A stretch of DNA of 64,000 nucleotides from Squalus acanthias (taxonomy: Eukaryota), in contig CM059431.1 of the NCBI GenBank assembly GCA_030390025.1, positions 140,556,001 to 140,620,000 on the forward strand, written 5' to 3'. How positions within the stretch are numbered: position 1 is the first letter of the stretch; each line of letters begins with the position of its first letter. Both the position numbers and the translations under genes were made by a program. Shown one piece after another: positions 23,901 through 35,990 of this stretch. The notes beneath the pieces are model-generated. The model saw only the letters and a list, made by a program, of their open reading frames with translations, had not been told where the DNA came from and ran no database searches.

Positions 23901-24572
23901 ATGTTGCATTTCAGCAGCAGCAGCAGCAGTAACCCTGTCACGAGACAGTTGCTGAAGGGCCAGAGATTGTGCACAGGGGCCTTACACTTGGCCTGAGAGG
24001 GCTCCAGTCACGGGGAAGGGGAAAGCACAGGAGACAGTAGAGTGCCACCTTTTGCACAATTCACCTCTTTCGATCCTCAGGCACAGATGCGAGGGGGATA
24101 TTTGTCAATTTTTTAATGTTTGCTGTTATTTAAATGCTGGCGTTGTGTTATTTCGTGAAATTTATATTTGTGAATCATAGTGTATTTAACCATTTCGTTT
24201 TATATGTAAAGCCTCTAGTCACTTTATTTCTTTTTTTAACTTTTTTTTTATTAACAACCAATTAAACATTGCAACTGTTTAAAAAAATTAGAAAATAGCT
24301 AGATTTCATCTTGAATGTAAAGTCTTTATTGCACTAAGAAACCCAAAAAGTCACATTAAACGGTTTACATTTTTTATCAGCCAATTCATCTTTGCAAATG
24401 TTTACAAAGTAGAAAATAGCGAGCTAACAATTTGTATTTAAAGACGAACAACATCAAAACAGTATAACAAAGACTTTAATGGTGCAATAAACGTTCACTG
24501 TTTCACTTTAAATTGTGTCTGTTCTTTTCTGTGCCTTGCTGGGGGAGGGGGAGTTAGGAGGCGACACTATAA

Positions 24573-25734
24573 TCATCTCGTAAACGTGTTGGCTACTGTC
24601 AGTTCCTGAGCAGCTTTGGTTTCGGCAGCACTTGGCTCCTCCCCATCAGGCCTGGCCACAAAAATATTGGCATCCTCCATGTCCTCCATTTCAGCAGGGA
24701 GCTCCTCTGCAGGGTTAAGGCTCAGTCCTTCCTGCAGGGCAAAGTTATGCAAAGCACAAAAGGCCACCACAATCCTTGCCACTTTCAGAGGAGAATACTG
24801 CAAACTCCGCCCCCCCCCCCCCCGCCCCGGTCCTGTCCAGGCACCGGAAGCGTGATTTCAGAGCCCCGATTGTCCTCTCCACCACTTGCCATGTGGACAC
24901 GTGCGCCTGGTTGTATCTCTCCTGATCCCCATTATTGGTCCTGCGGTATGGTGTCATCAACCATGGTTTTATCGGGTAGCTCTTGTCGCACAATATCCAT
25001 GCTGATACTGGAGGCAATGTACTGTGGGCGCTATATAAGTCCGAGTGACGGAGGACAAAGGAGTCATGAGCACTTCCTCGGTGAACTGCATTCATGTTTA
25101 GGATCCTGAGTTGCGCATCACAGAAGATTATTACATTTAATGAATGAAACCCCTTCCTGTTGTTGTACGTCAGAGGTGCATCAATTGTTGCCTTCTATGC
25201 AACATGGGTTCCACCGACGGCCCCAATCACTTTGGGGAAGCCAGCAATCCTATAAAATTAAAGGGCCTCTCCTTCTGCTGCCGAGTGGACAATTCGAAGT
25301 CTATGAACTCAGAAGCCCCGCGGAATATGGCATCTGTGACCTGGTGAAAGCAGGCCCTCGAGCACTCTGGGAGATGTTTGAAATGTCACAGGTGCCTGAC
25401 TGAACTGACCCGAGTGCAAAGAAGTTCAGTGCTGTGGTTACCTTCATGGACACTGACAAGGCAGTGAGGGTCTTCGAGCGTGTTTGAAGGCCATCATTCA
25501 ACATGTCACATAGTCGGTCAAATGTCTCTTTACAAAATTGCAGCCTGCTCACACATAAATCCTCCCACATCTTCTGAAAAAACAGCCTCTCCCTGTATCC
25601 TCTCTGGGTGGGTAGTAGTTCCTCCTGATTAGGTGGCGGTCATGGTTCCTCAGTCTTCTTTGTTGTTCCCTGGCGTTTTCGATTCTATGGGCCAGAATCA
25701 CACAAAAGATTGGGGCAAACTCCTCATGAGGCAT
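24573..25734 (-). mobile_element. PIF/Harbinger (HARBI1-like, DDE_Tnp_4) transposase pseudogene
   Basis: Across frameshifts: LSVSMKVTTALNFFALGS, IAGFPKVIGAVGGTHVA*, NRKGFHSLNV, GSAHDSFVL, WILCDKSYPIKPWLMTP, ERYNQAH..VVERTIGALKSRFRCL, IVVAFCALHNF. The first catalytic Asp (normally DGTH) reads GGTH and a stop follows. A GC-rich terminus-like region lies at ~26390-26522. Confidence 0.92.
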
Positions 25735-26829
25735 GATTCTCCCTCACAGGCTTCCTCTTTAAATAGATGCAGTAAATGTAGGGAAGAAATGGAAAGAGTT
25801 GTAAACGTCATATTAATAAAGTGAGTGGTTTAAAATTCACGGCGGGTGGTGATGTGAAACGGGCGGTATCGGATCGGCCGCCCGTCAAAACCCGCCTGAT
25901 CAATATCACCGCCTGAGAACAATTTCTAAGACTTTTAAAACATTTTACAAAGTCATACATTAATTTTTAAACAGCTTACAAAAGTTAACATGTAAAACAT
26001 TCGTATATTTTGGCATAATTTTAAACATGAGTAAATGTGAACAAAATCATTTTTAAACAGTAATTTTCAAGTTTAAAAGAAATAAATCTATTTGAATTAA
26101 ATGCTTAACTTGTCCACAGCGAAAGTTCCTCTTCTAATCACCGACACTCCTCAGAACTAGATCCAAAACCAAAGAAATATTTAACAAATTAAAGTTGTTA
26201 AAAACTTAAATCAGGCTTTGTACCAAGAACTTTGTTAAATTTAAAAGCCAAAACAGTTCCTGTTCCAGCCCCCTGACTTCCACGTCTTCTTCCTGCTTCT
26301 TCTTTAGATAGAATGCCGGCTGTCCGCCTGCTTTATTTCTGTCGTTGCAGATTCGTCAGTAACTGCTGGCCAGTAGTTGGACAAATAGCGCAAATCGGCG
26401 CCAGATGGCAATTTCCGATTTTTTAGCGTATGCGCTTCGTATGCCTAAACCCGGAACTTGCGCGGCCCCTACGGACTCGTGCGCAAGTCATACGCACCCA
26501 TAGGTCCGCAAAATACGGCTCCGTGTAAAGCACAGAAACTGTTGAATTGTAGCTGGCCTCAGCACCAGAAGTTCCATTACCCTTTTCATGTTAACAATCC
26601 TATGACAAACATAAAAAGGGCACAGGAATACCGGGCACCTGAATATGTGCGAGACACTGCTCTTTATCCACCAGGTAATGTGGATCATGACGAGCTGTTT
26701 CACCTTGTCCAGAACTGTAAATCCAGAGGACATGGCCTGAGATTGGTGGGGGTAAATTCAAAACTAATTTCTGGAACAGTTATTTCAATGAGCGACGGTC
26801 TATCTATGGAACAGACTTGCTCCTAATCT

Positions 26830-27245
26830 TTAGAATGAAAACTAGAGGACAGGGGAATTCAGCGGAACACGTGAAGCAACATTAGAAATAGAATGAAGGG
26901 AAATTTAGGGGAACAATGTAAATGTTTAATTAGAAATGTAGAACAGGAACATTAAGTGGAACCAACGAACTGCTAATTAGAAATGTAATAAAGGAATATA
27001 GGGGAACTCAGTAATGGCTTATTTAGAAATAGAGGACAGTGGAATACGTCAACTGATATTAGAAATAGGTAGCAGTGGAACACAATAACCCTTCATTCAG
27101 AAGTAGGGGACAGGGGAAGACAGCAACTGTTTATTTATAAATAGAGGAGATGGGAATGTCAGGGAAACACAGTAACTGTTTAATTAGAAATAGAGAAACA
27201 CAAGGGAATATAACAACTGGTTAATTAGAAACTGGGGACGGGGAA
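26830..27245. repeat. Degenerate copy of the 48-bp repeat found at 47160-47842
   Basis: Recurrent TTAGAAATAGAGGACAGGG / GGAACACAGTAACTG motifs. Confidence 0.7.
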
Positions 27246-27849
27246 TCACAACCACACCAGATTGAATTTGACCGGTAATGTAATGGTTAATTATTCACGC
27301 CTTTGCTTTCTATTTTGCCTGCGGTGTTTGGATGATGTGGTTGACTGCAGGTCGCCTTCTCAGGATTGTAGCTGGGTGCAGAACATCTCTGACTGATGGA
27401 ACTAAAACCTCTGCCGGCTGCCTGACTCGGGCTTTAAATACTACTGGTTGTCCGCATCAGGTAAATGCGAATGTGGCTTTTACACAAAACCACCCGCAAC
27501 TAATCACCACTTCCTTCAGAAGCTGGATGCCAGCCGGATTGGCAGAGTAGGACCAGGAATGGGGGACTGACGTCACTCCTGCTGTCGGGTCGGATTAAGA
27601 AGGAAGCGTCATTTAGCTCTGGGTAATGAGAATGTTCAGAAATGTTGCGCCTTAAATATCCGAGTATAATAAGTATCAGGAAACAAATGAACGTTTCTTT
27701 GGACGTAAGTTGAAACAACATATTTTACCAGAAAATAGCTTCATATTTTGAATCACCTGTAAAATAAATTAAACACATTGAATAGGGTGAAATCCGAGTA
27801 TTGCAACTGGAAACACTTTCCAGTTTAAGATTGTTTGGCTGTATCAAGT

Positions 27850-29470
27850 GCATAGAAGTAGGAGGAGGCCAATCAGCCCCTCGAACATGTTCTGCCATTC
27901 AATTAGATCATGTCTGATCTGTATCTGAACTCCATTTACCCACCGTGGTGCAGTAATCCTGAATGCCCTTACCCAAAATAAAACATATCAATCTCAGATT
28001 TGAAGCCTTCATTGACCCCCAGCTTCAACAACTATTTGAGGGAGAGAATTCCAGATTTAAACTACCCTGTGTGTGAACAATTGTTTCCTGAAATCACCCC
28101 TGAACGGCCTAGCTCTAATTTTAATGTCATGGCCCTTTTCTGTGGACTACCCACCAAAGGAAATACTTTGTCTCTCTCTACCCTGTCAACTACTTTAACC
28201 ATCTCTTAGTCTTCTGTACATCCAAGTCTAACGAATATGTCCTGTTCATAGAATAGAATCATAGAATCACGTAACCATTAAAGCACAGAAGGAGGCCATT
28301 CAGCCCGTCGACCCCGGGCCGGCTCTCTGCAAGCGCACTTCAGCTTGTCCCACTCCCCCGCCCTTTCCCTGCAGCCCTGCATTTTTTTCTTTCATGTCTT
28401 TATCCAATTCCCTTTTGAAAGCCAGGATTGAGTCTGCCTCCACCATCCTTTCAGGGACTGCATTCTAGATCATAACCACCTACTGAATATGGCAGTATTT
28501 TCTTCCTTGGTAAAAATAGATGGAAAGTACTCAGCTAGTACCTCAGCCATGCCTTTTAGAAGTCCATATACCCAACATAAAGTGCACTGCCCTCACCCAC
28601 CCTCTCTGTTAACTCTTCAAATTAATGAATCAGCTTTGTCAAACACGATTTGTTCCTAAAATATCCCTGCTGTCTCTCTTTCTTAGTCCATGCTAGTATA
28701 ACTGGCTGTTACTTTTCATTCGGATTATTGTTATAAAGCATTCCTCACCAGCGCCGTTAAACTGACTGACCTGTAATTGCCAGGTTTAACTTGGTCCAAT
28801 TTTTTGAAAAATGGTGTAACATTTGCCATCCCCCAGTGCTTTGGCACCACTCCTGTATCTAAGGAGAATTGGAAGATTGTGGGCAGCATCTCTAGAATTT
28901 CTACCCTTACTTCCCCCAACAACCTAGGAGGCATCCAATCCGGACTGGGACACTGGTGCACTTTAAGTACCGCCAGCCTTTCTAGTACCTCTTCTTTATC
29001 TATTTTTATCTCATCCAGTATCCAAGCTGCCTACTGTATACCATAGCTTTGGTGAACTCCGCTTCCTTGGTAAACACCGAAATAAAGTACTCATTTACTA
29101 CCTCAGCCAGTCCTTCTGCCTCCACCGATAGTTTTCTATTTTGCCCCCAATGCTCCTCTGACAACCCTTTTACTGTTAATATGTCTATAGAACTTTGGAT
29201 TTCCTTTAATGTTAGTTGTCAATCTATTCTCGTACTGTCTCTTTGCCTCTCTTATTTCATTTTCACTTCTCCTCTGCACGTTTTATATTCAGCCTGATTC
29301 TCCCTTGTTTTATCACACTGACATCTGTCATACGCCACCTTCGCTGCTTCATCTTACTCTCTAAACCCATCATCATCCAGGGAGCTCTGGCTTTGATTGC
29401 CCTCCCTTTCACCCTTGTAGAAATGTACCTAACTGTTCCCGAACCATCTCATCGTTAAAGGTCGCCAATT
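27850..29470 (-). mobile_element. Mosaic of degenerate CR1 fragments
   Basis: 3' UTR starts at ~27850 and ~28250; WGMANVTPFFKK...PGNYRSVSLT in ORF 28731-28961. Confidence 0.8.
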
Positions 29471-29883
29471 GCTTGTTTGAAGCAATTTATTTCCGGCTCA
29501 CCACCAGGGGCAGGTACTTCTCAATGGAATGTGTGCGCGCGCATGTCTGTGCGCACTTCATGCACAAAATAACAAGATGCAACAACAGCAGGAATTAAGT
29601 GAAACACGCATTCATGTTAGGATTTTTTTTCTGATAGTTGTCGGGTCGCAGCCAGTCACAAAAAATATTTTTATTCTATTTTTCAAAAAACGAAGTCCAT
29701 CCGGGCAATTTTGCCTTTCATCTATTCTGTAAAATGGGACTATCGAATTTGCCACATATTCAATTTTCATAGTTACTAAAACAATGGTTAACTCAAATTA
29801 CCCATAACTTTGAAATATCTGACAGGCTCAGCCTATCATTCTTCATCCTTCCTGTTTTAAAATCAACACCCATCATCCATTCA

Positions 29884-30200
29884 GGGCATCCAGGGTAACA
29901 CAGTGGCAGGTCGCACTGTTGCCTCACAGCGCCAGGGACCCGGGTTCGAATCCGGCCTCGGGTGACTGTCTGTGTGGAGTTTGCACATTCTCCCTGTGTC
30001 TGCGTGGGTTTCCTCCGGGTGCTCCGGTTTCCTCCCACAGTCCAAAGATGTGCGGGTTAGGTTGATTTGGCTATGATAAATTAACCCTTAGTGTTAGGGG
30101 GATTAAATACGTGTGGTTACGGGGATAGGGTGGGATATGTGTCGGTGCAGGCTCGATGGGCCGAAATGGCCTCTATCTGCACTGTGGGGATTCTGTGATT
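29884..30200 (+). mobile_element. tRNA-derived V-SINE (HE1-like)
   Basis: tRNA-like head with B box GGTTCGAATCC; V-domain core GTGGAGTTTGCACATTCTCCCTGTGTCTGCGTGGGTTTCCTCCGGGTGCTCCGGTTTCCTCCCACAGTCCAAAGA; CR1-like tail GATGGGCCGAAATGGCCT. Confidence 0.9.
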
Positions 30201-31734
30201 CTCCCGCTCCAACTCTTGCCTTTCCAGGACGTCAGGCCATTGGAATCATTGATCTCTACTGAAAACCTAGTATTTAAATTGCCAGTCCTTTATAACCCAA
30301 CCATGCCAAACCTAACCGTTATTCCCCAACGACGATGTCTCAGAACGTTAGGAAAATTACCTGCAAAATACTGTTTACTTTGGATTATCAGGAAATTGGC
30401 TTATTATGTTATCACATCTTTGCTGAGACCTAACCATGTCAAGAGGCCCTGTTATATAGGGGCTGTTCTTTTAATTTTTGTGTTATGGTTAATAATCCTA
30501 CAACAGACTCTTCACTTTCTGCAACAACAAAGACAAAGTGCTTTTATACAGCGCCTTCAACATAGTTAAACATCCCAAGGCGCTTCCCAGGAGCGTGATA
30601 CCGAGCCACATAAGGAGATATTAGGACAGGTGTGTAAAATAGGAGGGGCGAGGCCGTGGATGGATTTGAAAACAAGGATGTGAACTAACTGTGTATTATC
30701 TGAGGAGAAGTGATTTGTACTGAAGTCGTTTTTTTTTTCAAAGGTAGATATTTTATTTTCAGTGAAAGGGCCAACCGATGGGAATTGTTTTCGGTGCCGA
30801 CACATCCAGGAATTAGTTCACCATCCTCGCTCTTAAAGAATCAACAAAGGCCGAGAAGACATTGATTTGAGCACAAATTTCAAAGTTGCAAAACATGACA
30901 ACCCGAACCTAGATTACACAATATAAGGATTCAACCCAGAAGGACACTACCTACCTCTGACTGAATACTGGACATTAAAGTTATTAAAAACATAGTGTGA
31001 TTATGTTTATAGTGTGCTATTTAGCATCGCTGCTCCTGGTCAGAAACGCGAACATATTCTCAATTAGATTGCAAACATGGTCGTGGAAACCCACAAAGAC
31101 GTGCAGAGACTCGTCATGATGCTTTTGCTATCTTTGAAACAAGTTCAAATTGCTTTCCAATAATCAGTAGCTGCGAGGAAATCATTAGAAAATTTACCAA
31201 ATGAACTAGATTCGGAAGCAAAGTCCTTCTCTTATTGGAAATAGATCCTTAACCAACGAGGAACGCGATTTTCCCAGTGCGAAAACCATTTGTGACACAT
31301 TATAAAATTGAATTATTAACTTTTACTTTTAATGACCATTTATATGCCACAGAATGTGTACTCTGTCTATGTGGACAGGAAGGCTCTGGAACCATTTCAT
31401 TGGGCAGTCACAGCCATCACGTCATCTTTTGAGAATGTATTTATCGCCAGTAGATTGGAAAGCGTGAACTGCAGTTTATGGTTCAAGCTCCACGCCGTCC
31501 CCAAATACATGGGAGAAGCACAGTCCACTGGACATAGCTCATGAATCTACATGGACTGAATTTAACTATCAAAACTAATGTAAAAATAATCAAATAACTA
31601 ATTTCTGTCAAAGGTGAGAATGTAATAACAGCTCATCCTCCAACAGAAGAGAAAGGGGTATGTTGTTAGTGTGACTGTCTGTTTATATTTCTGTCTCACA
31701 CTTTTAAGATATCTGACAGTTTACCTACCTCTCT

Positions 31735-31960
31735 AGCTACCCACCCAAGTTCTCATCCATCCATCCACCCGTACATCCAACAGTCATTACATCCATCAAA
31801 CCATCAGTCGTCTCACCCATACACGTGTCATTCCATCCATCCATCCATTCATCGATCCATCCATTCATCCTTCCATCCACCCATCCAACCATCCATTCAT
31901 CCATCCATCCTTCCATCGATCCAACAGTCCACCATCCATCAAATCATCCGTCAATCCAAA
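31735..31960. repeat. Degenerate (ATCC)n microsatellite
   Basis: Runs of CATCCATCCATCC. Confidence 0.85.
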
Positions 31961-32739
31961 TCAACTGGTTTGGAAACAGAGTCCATTTCTTAACGGAAAT
32001 AAATTATGTAAGTTTATGTATAGATTGTGCTTTCTTCTTAAAAAACCCTCAATACATAACTTCCCCCTTAACCAGCGGGGAACACGATTGTCCCATTGTG
32101 ATGCATTATAAAATTGAAATATTTGATACATTTTTAAGGCCATTGCTTAAGTATGTTTGAGGGTGGACATTTATCTGCCACAATATATCTTAGAACCAAC
32201 AAGGGGGCAGGCCATTTTAGATTAAATAACGAGTATAGGGACAGATTTATTTACAGCCGAACGATGAATTTATCTAACAGGGCTGATAATATGATCAATT
32301 TCAAAGTGTTGTTTGAAAGGGAGAAACGAGAAAAAGCTACTAAGATTCTAGGTTTAGTTATGTCCGACTTCAACGTAATGAAACAGAGACGGTCCACAGT
32401 AAAATGGACAAATATGTTAACGGGTAAAACGACAGAAAATCAGTGGCATGTGTCCACTAAATAATTTGATGTGATACAGGAGCAGTTTATAACCCGAAGG
32501 TGCAAGATTTTCACTTCCAAAAATAACTAAGAACGAGTAAATAGTTAAGGGACAAATAAAAATAAAATAAAAAGCATTCCCTAATGCAAAAAAAGCACAT
32601 ATCCTGTCGAATGGGAGAGACACAAATCTCAGCAAAGGGTGACAAAACAGACAGTAAGAGCTACAAAGATGGAATATAAAAACTTTCAAGGTTTATCACA
32701 ATCAACAAAAAAATCTTGTAAAAATTAAATAATATCAAC

Positions 32740-35700
32740 ATGGCTTTTTAAGAGCATTGTGTGCCCCTTAAAAAGTGATAATTGTGATGTTATAAATGAA
32801 AATAAGGAAATGGTGGACTTGCTAAATAATTACTTTGCGTCAGTATTTACAGTAGAGGGAGAGGACTGCATTCCGGACATCCCAAGGAAACGAATATTGA
32901 ATCAGTGATGGGGATTCACCATAATTAACGTAAGCAAATTAACAATAATGAAGAAATTAATGGCACTAAAGAGTGATAAATATACCTGCAGCAAATGGTT
33001 TACAACTAAGGGTTTGAATGGAATTGTTGAGAAAATTGCAGATGCCTTACTATGATCTCCCAAAGATCTCTCGAATCAGGAACCGTTCCTTTAGATTGGA
33101 AAATTGCAGGTCACTCCGCTATTTAATAAAGGTGAAGAGGGAAATCAGGGAATTATAGACCAGTTAGCCAAAAGCCGGAAAATTGCTAAAGGCTATAATT
33201 AAGGATAGAGGAAGTGGACAGCTTGAAATTTTCAGGTGACCAGAGAGAGACAGAACGGATTTGTAAAGGTAGTTCCTGCCTGACGAGTCTGATAGAAATT
33301 GCTAAAGAGGTGACTAAAGTAGTGGACAGGGGAATGCTATGGATGTTATGTATATGGATTTCCAGAAGACATGTGATAAAATCCCTCATAAGAGACTGTT
33401 TTCTCAATTTGAATCTCATGGAATTGAGTATAACATTTTTGACCTGGTTGGGAAATTGGCTGAGCAGCAGAAGAAAGAGTGTGGGGATAATGAGCAGGTA
33501 CTCCAATTGTCAGAATGTGTCTAGTGGCGGCCCACGGGGATCTCTTTTCGGGCCTTATCTATTCACTGTTTTCATTAAAGACTTAGATAGAGAGAGACAT
33601 ATCCAAGTTTACCGATGACCCAAGAATAGGTGGCATTGGGAGCAGTATAGATGGAAGCATAAAATTAAAAATAGATATTAATATATTAAGTGAATACCGA
33701 AACTGTGCAAATGGATTTCAATATAGGCAATCTTGAGGTCATCCACTTTGGACCTAAAAGTGATCGATTAGAATGTTTTATAAATGGCGTACAGCTATAA
33801 ACAGTGCAGGTCAAATGAGACTTAGAGATCTTTGAACATAGATCATTCAAATGTCATGGATAGTTGATGCATTGATTGTGATCTTCCAATATTCCCTAGA
33901 TTCTGTAGCGGCCCCAGTGGATTGAAAGATAGCAACTGTAACAAGGTCATTCAGGATAGGGGGAGAGAGTAAACAGGGAACTACAGGCCAGTTAGCCTGA
34001 CATCAGTCGTCGGGAAAATGTTGGAATTCATTGTTAAGGAAGTCGTATCAGTTTACTTAGAAAATTATAACATGATTAGGCAGAGCCAACATCGTTTTAT
34101 GAAAGGGAAATGGTGTTTCACGAATCTTTTAGAATTTTTGAGGATGTAACTAGCACTATAGATAAAGGGGTTGAGTGGATGTAGGTTATTTGGATTTTGA
34201 TAAGGCGCCACAAGAAAGTTTATTACACAATATAAGGGCTCATGGGTTTGGGGTAATATATTAGCATGGCTGGAGGACTGGTAAAAGGAAAGAAAATAGA
34301 GAGCATGAATAAGGTGTAATTTTAAGTTTGGCAGGCTGTAATAATGCAGTGCCAAAAGGATTGATGCTTGGGCCTCAGCTATTCACAATCTAAATTAATG
34401 ACTTAGATGAAAGGACCGAGCGTAATGTATCCAACTTTGCTGTCCATACAAAGCTAGGGGGGAAAGTAAGCTGTGAGGAGGACACAAAGGAGTATAGACA
34501 GTTTAAGTGTGTGAGCAATAAGGTGACAGATGGACTATAATGTGAAGAAATGAGAGGTTATTCACTTTGGTACGAAGAATAGATAAACATAATATTTTAA
34601 ATGCTGAGAAGATAGTAAATATTGGTATTTCGAAGTATTTGGGTGTCCTTGTACATTTAACACAGCAATTTAACATGCATATACAGCACACAATTAGGAA
34701 GGCAAATTATATGTTGGCCTTTATTGCTAGGGGGTTGCAGTACAAGAGCAAGAAAGTCTTGCTACAATTGTACAAGCTGTTGTTGAGACCACACCTGGAG
34801 TACTGTGTACAGTTGAGTATCCACACTTCAGGAAGGATATGCTTGCCTTAGAGGTGGTGCAACAAAGGTGCAGTAGATTGATTCCTGGGTTGAGAGCGTT
34901 GTCCTATGCGGAGAGATTGAGTAGAATGGATATTTACACTGGAGTTTAGAAGAATGAGAGGTGCTTTAATTGAAACATATAATATTCTGAGAGGGCTTGA
35001 AAGGGCAAATGCGGAGAGGCTGTTTCCCCTGGCTGGCGAGTCTAGAAACTAGAGGACATAGTCTCAGGAGAAGGGGTCGGTTATTTCGGATTGACATGAG
35101 GGGAAATTTCTTCACTCAAAGTGTTGTCAATAGTTAAGGCAGTGTATGTTGAGTGGTCGCCTACATTCAAGGCTCTGATCGATACATTTTGGACTCTAAG
35201 GGAATTATGGAATATGGGGATTGAGTGGGAAATTGGAGTTCAGGTCGAAGATCAACCATAATTGTGTGGAACGGTGTATGGTCTATTCCTGCTCCTATTT
35301 CTTATGTTCTTATGACAGGTATTAAAAATATTCAAAAAGTACAATGGAATGCTGGCCCTTCTATCCAGAGGAATAGATTACAAGGGGTTAGAAGTCATTT
35401 TGCAGCCATACAAAGTTCTGGTTAGTCCACTCTTTGAGTACTTTTCTCAGTTCTGGGCACCAACTCTTAGGAAGAACCCATTGGCCTTGGATGGAGTGCA
35501 GCGTACAATTACTAGATTGATACCTGGAAACCAAGGGTTAAATTACGGGAAGAGATTGCACAATCTAGGATTGTATTCCCTAGAAATCATAAGATTAAGG
35601 GGTGATTTGATCGAAATTTACAAGATATGAAGAGGAACTGATAGAGTACAGAGAGAAACTATTTGAGCTGGTTGGTTTATCTTGGACTAGGGGACGTGGC

Positions 35701-35990
35701 ATAAAAGAAAGGGACAGCCCTTTCAGGACGGAAGTTAGGAAACAGTTCTACACACCACGTGTGGTATAAGTTTGGAACACTCTTTGCAAACGGTAGTTGT
35801 TGCTGAGTCAATTGTTAATTTTCAAGCTGAGATTAATAGATTTCTGTTAACCAAAGGTATTAACTGATACGGAGCAAAGGCGGGTATGTGGAGTTAGGTC
35901 ACAAATCAGCCATGATCTAATTGAATAGAGGAACTGTCTCGAGCGGCGAAATGGCCTACTCCTGTTCCTAATTTCGTATGTTCATATGTA
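32740..35990 (+). mobile_element. Old CR1 LINE (~32740-33865 and ~35315-35990) with a second CR1 (~33870-35312) nested inside
   Basis: The RT-region motifs occur twice in order (MDVMYMDFQKTCDKIPHKRL; LLRPHLEYCVQ; LVSPLFEYFSQFWAP). Two 3' tails end TCTTATGTTCTTATG (~35310) and TTCGTATGTTCATATG (~35985). Confidence 0.8.
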
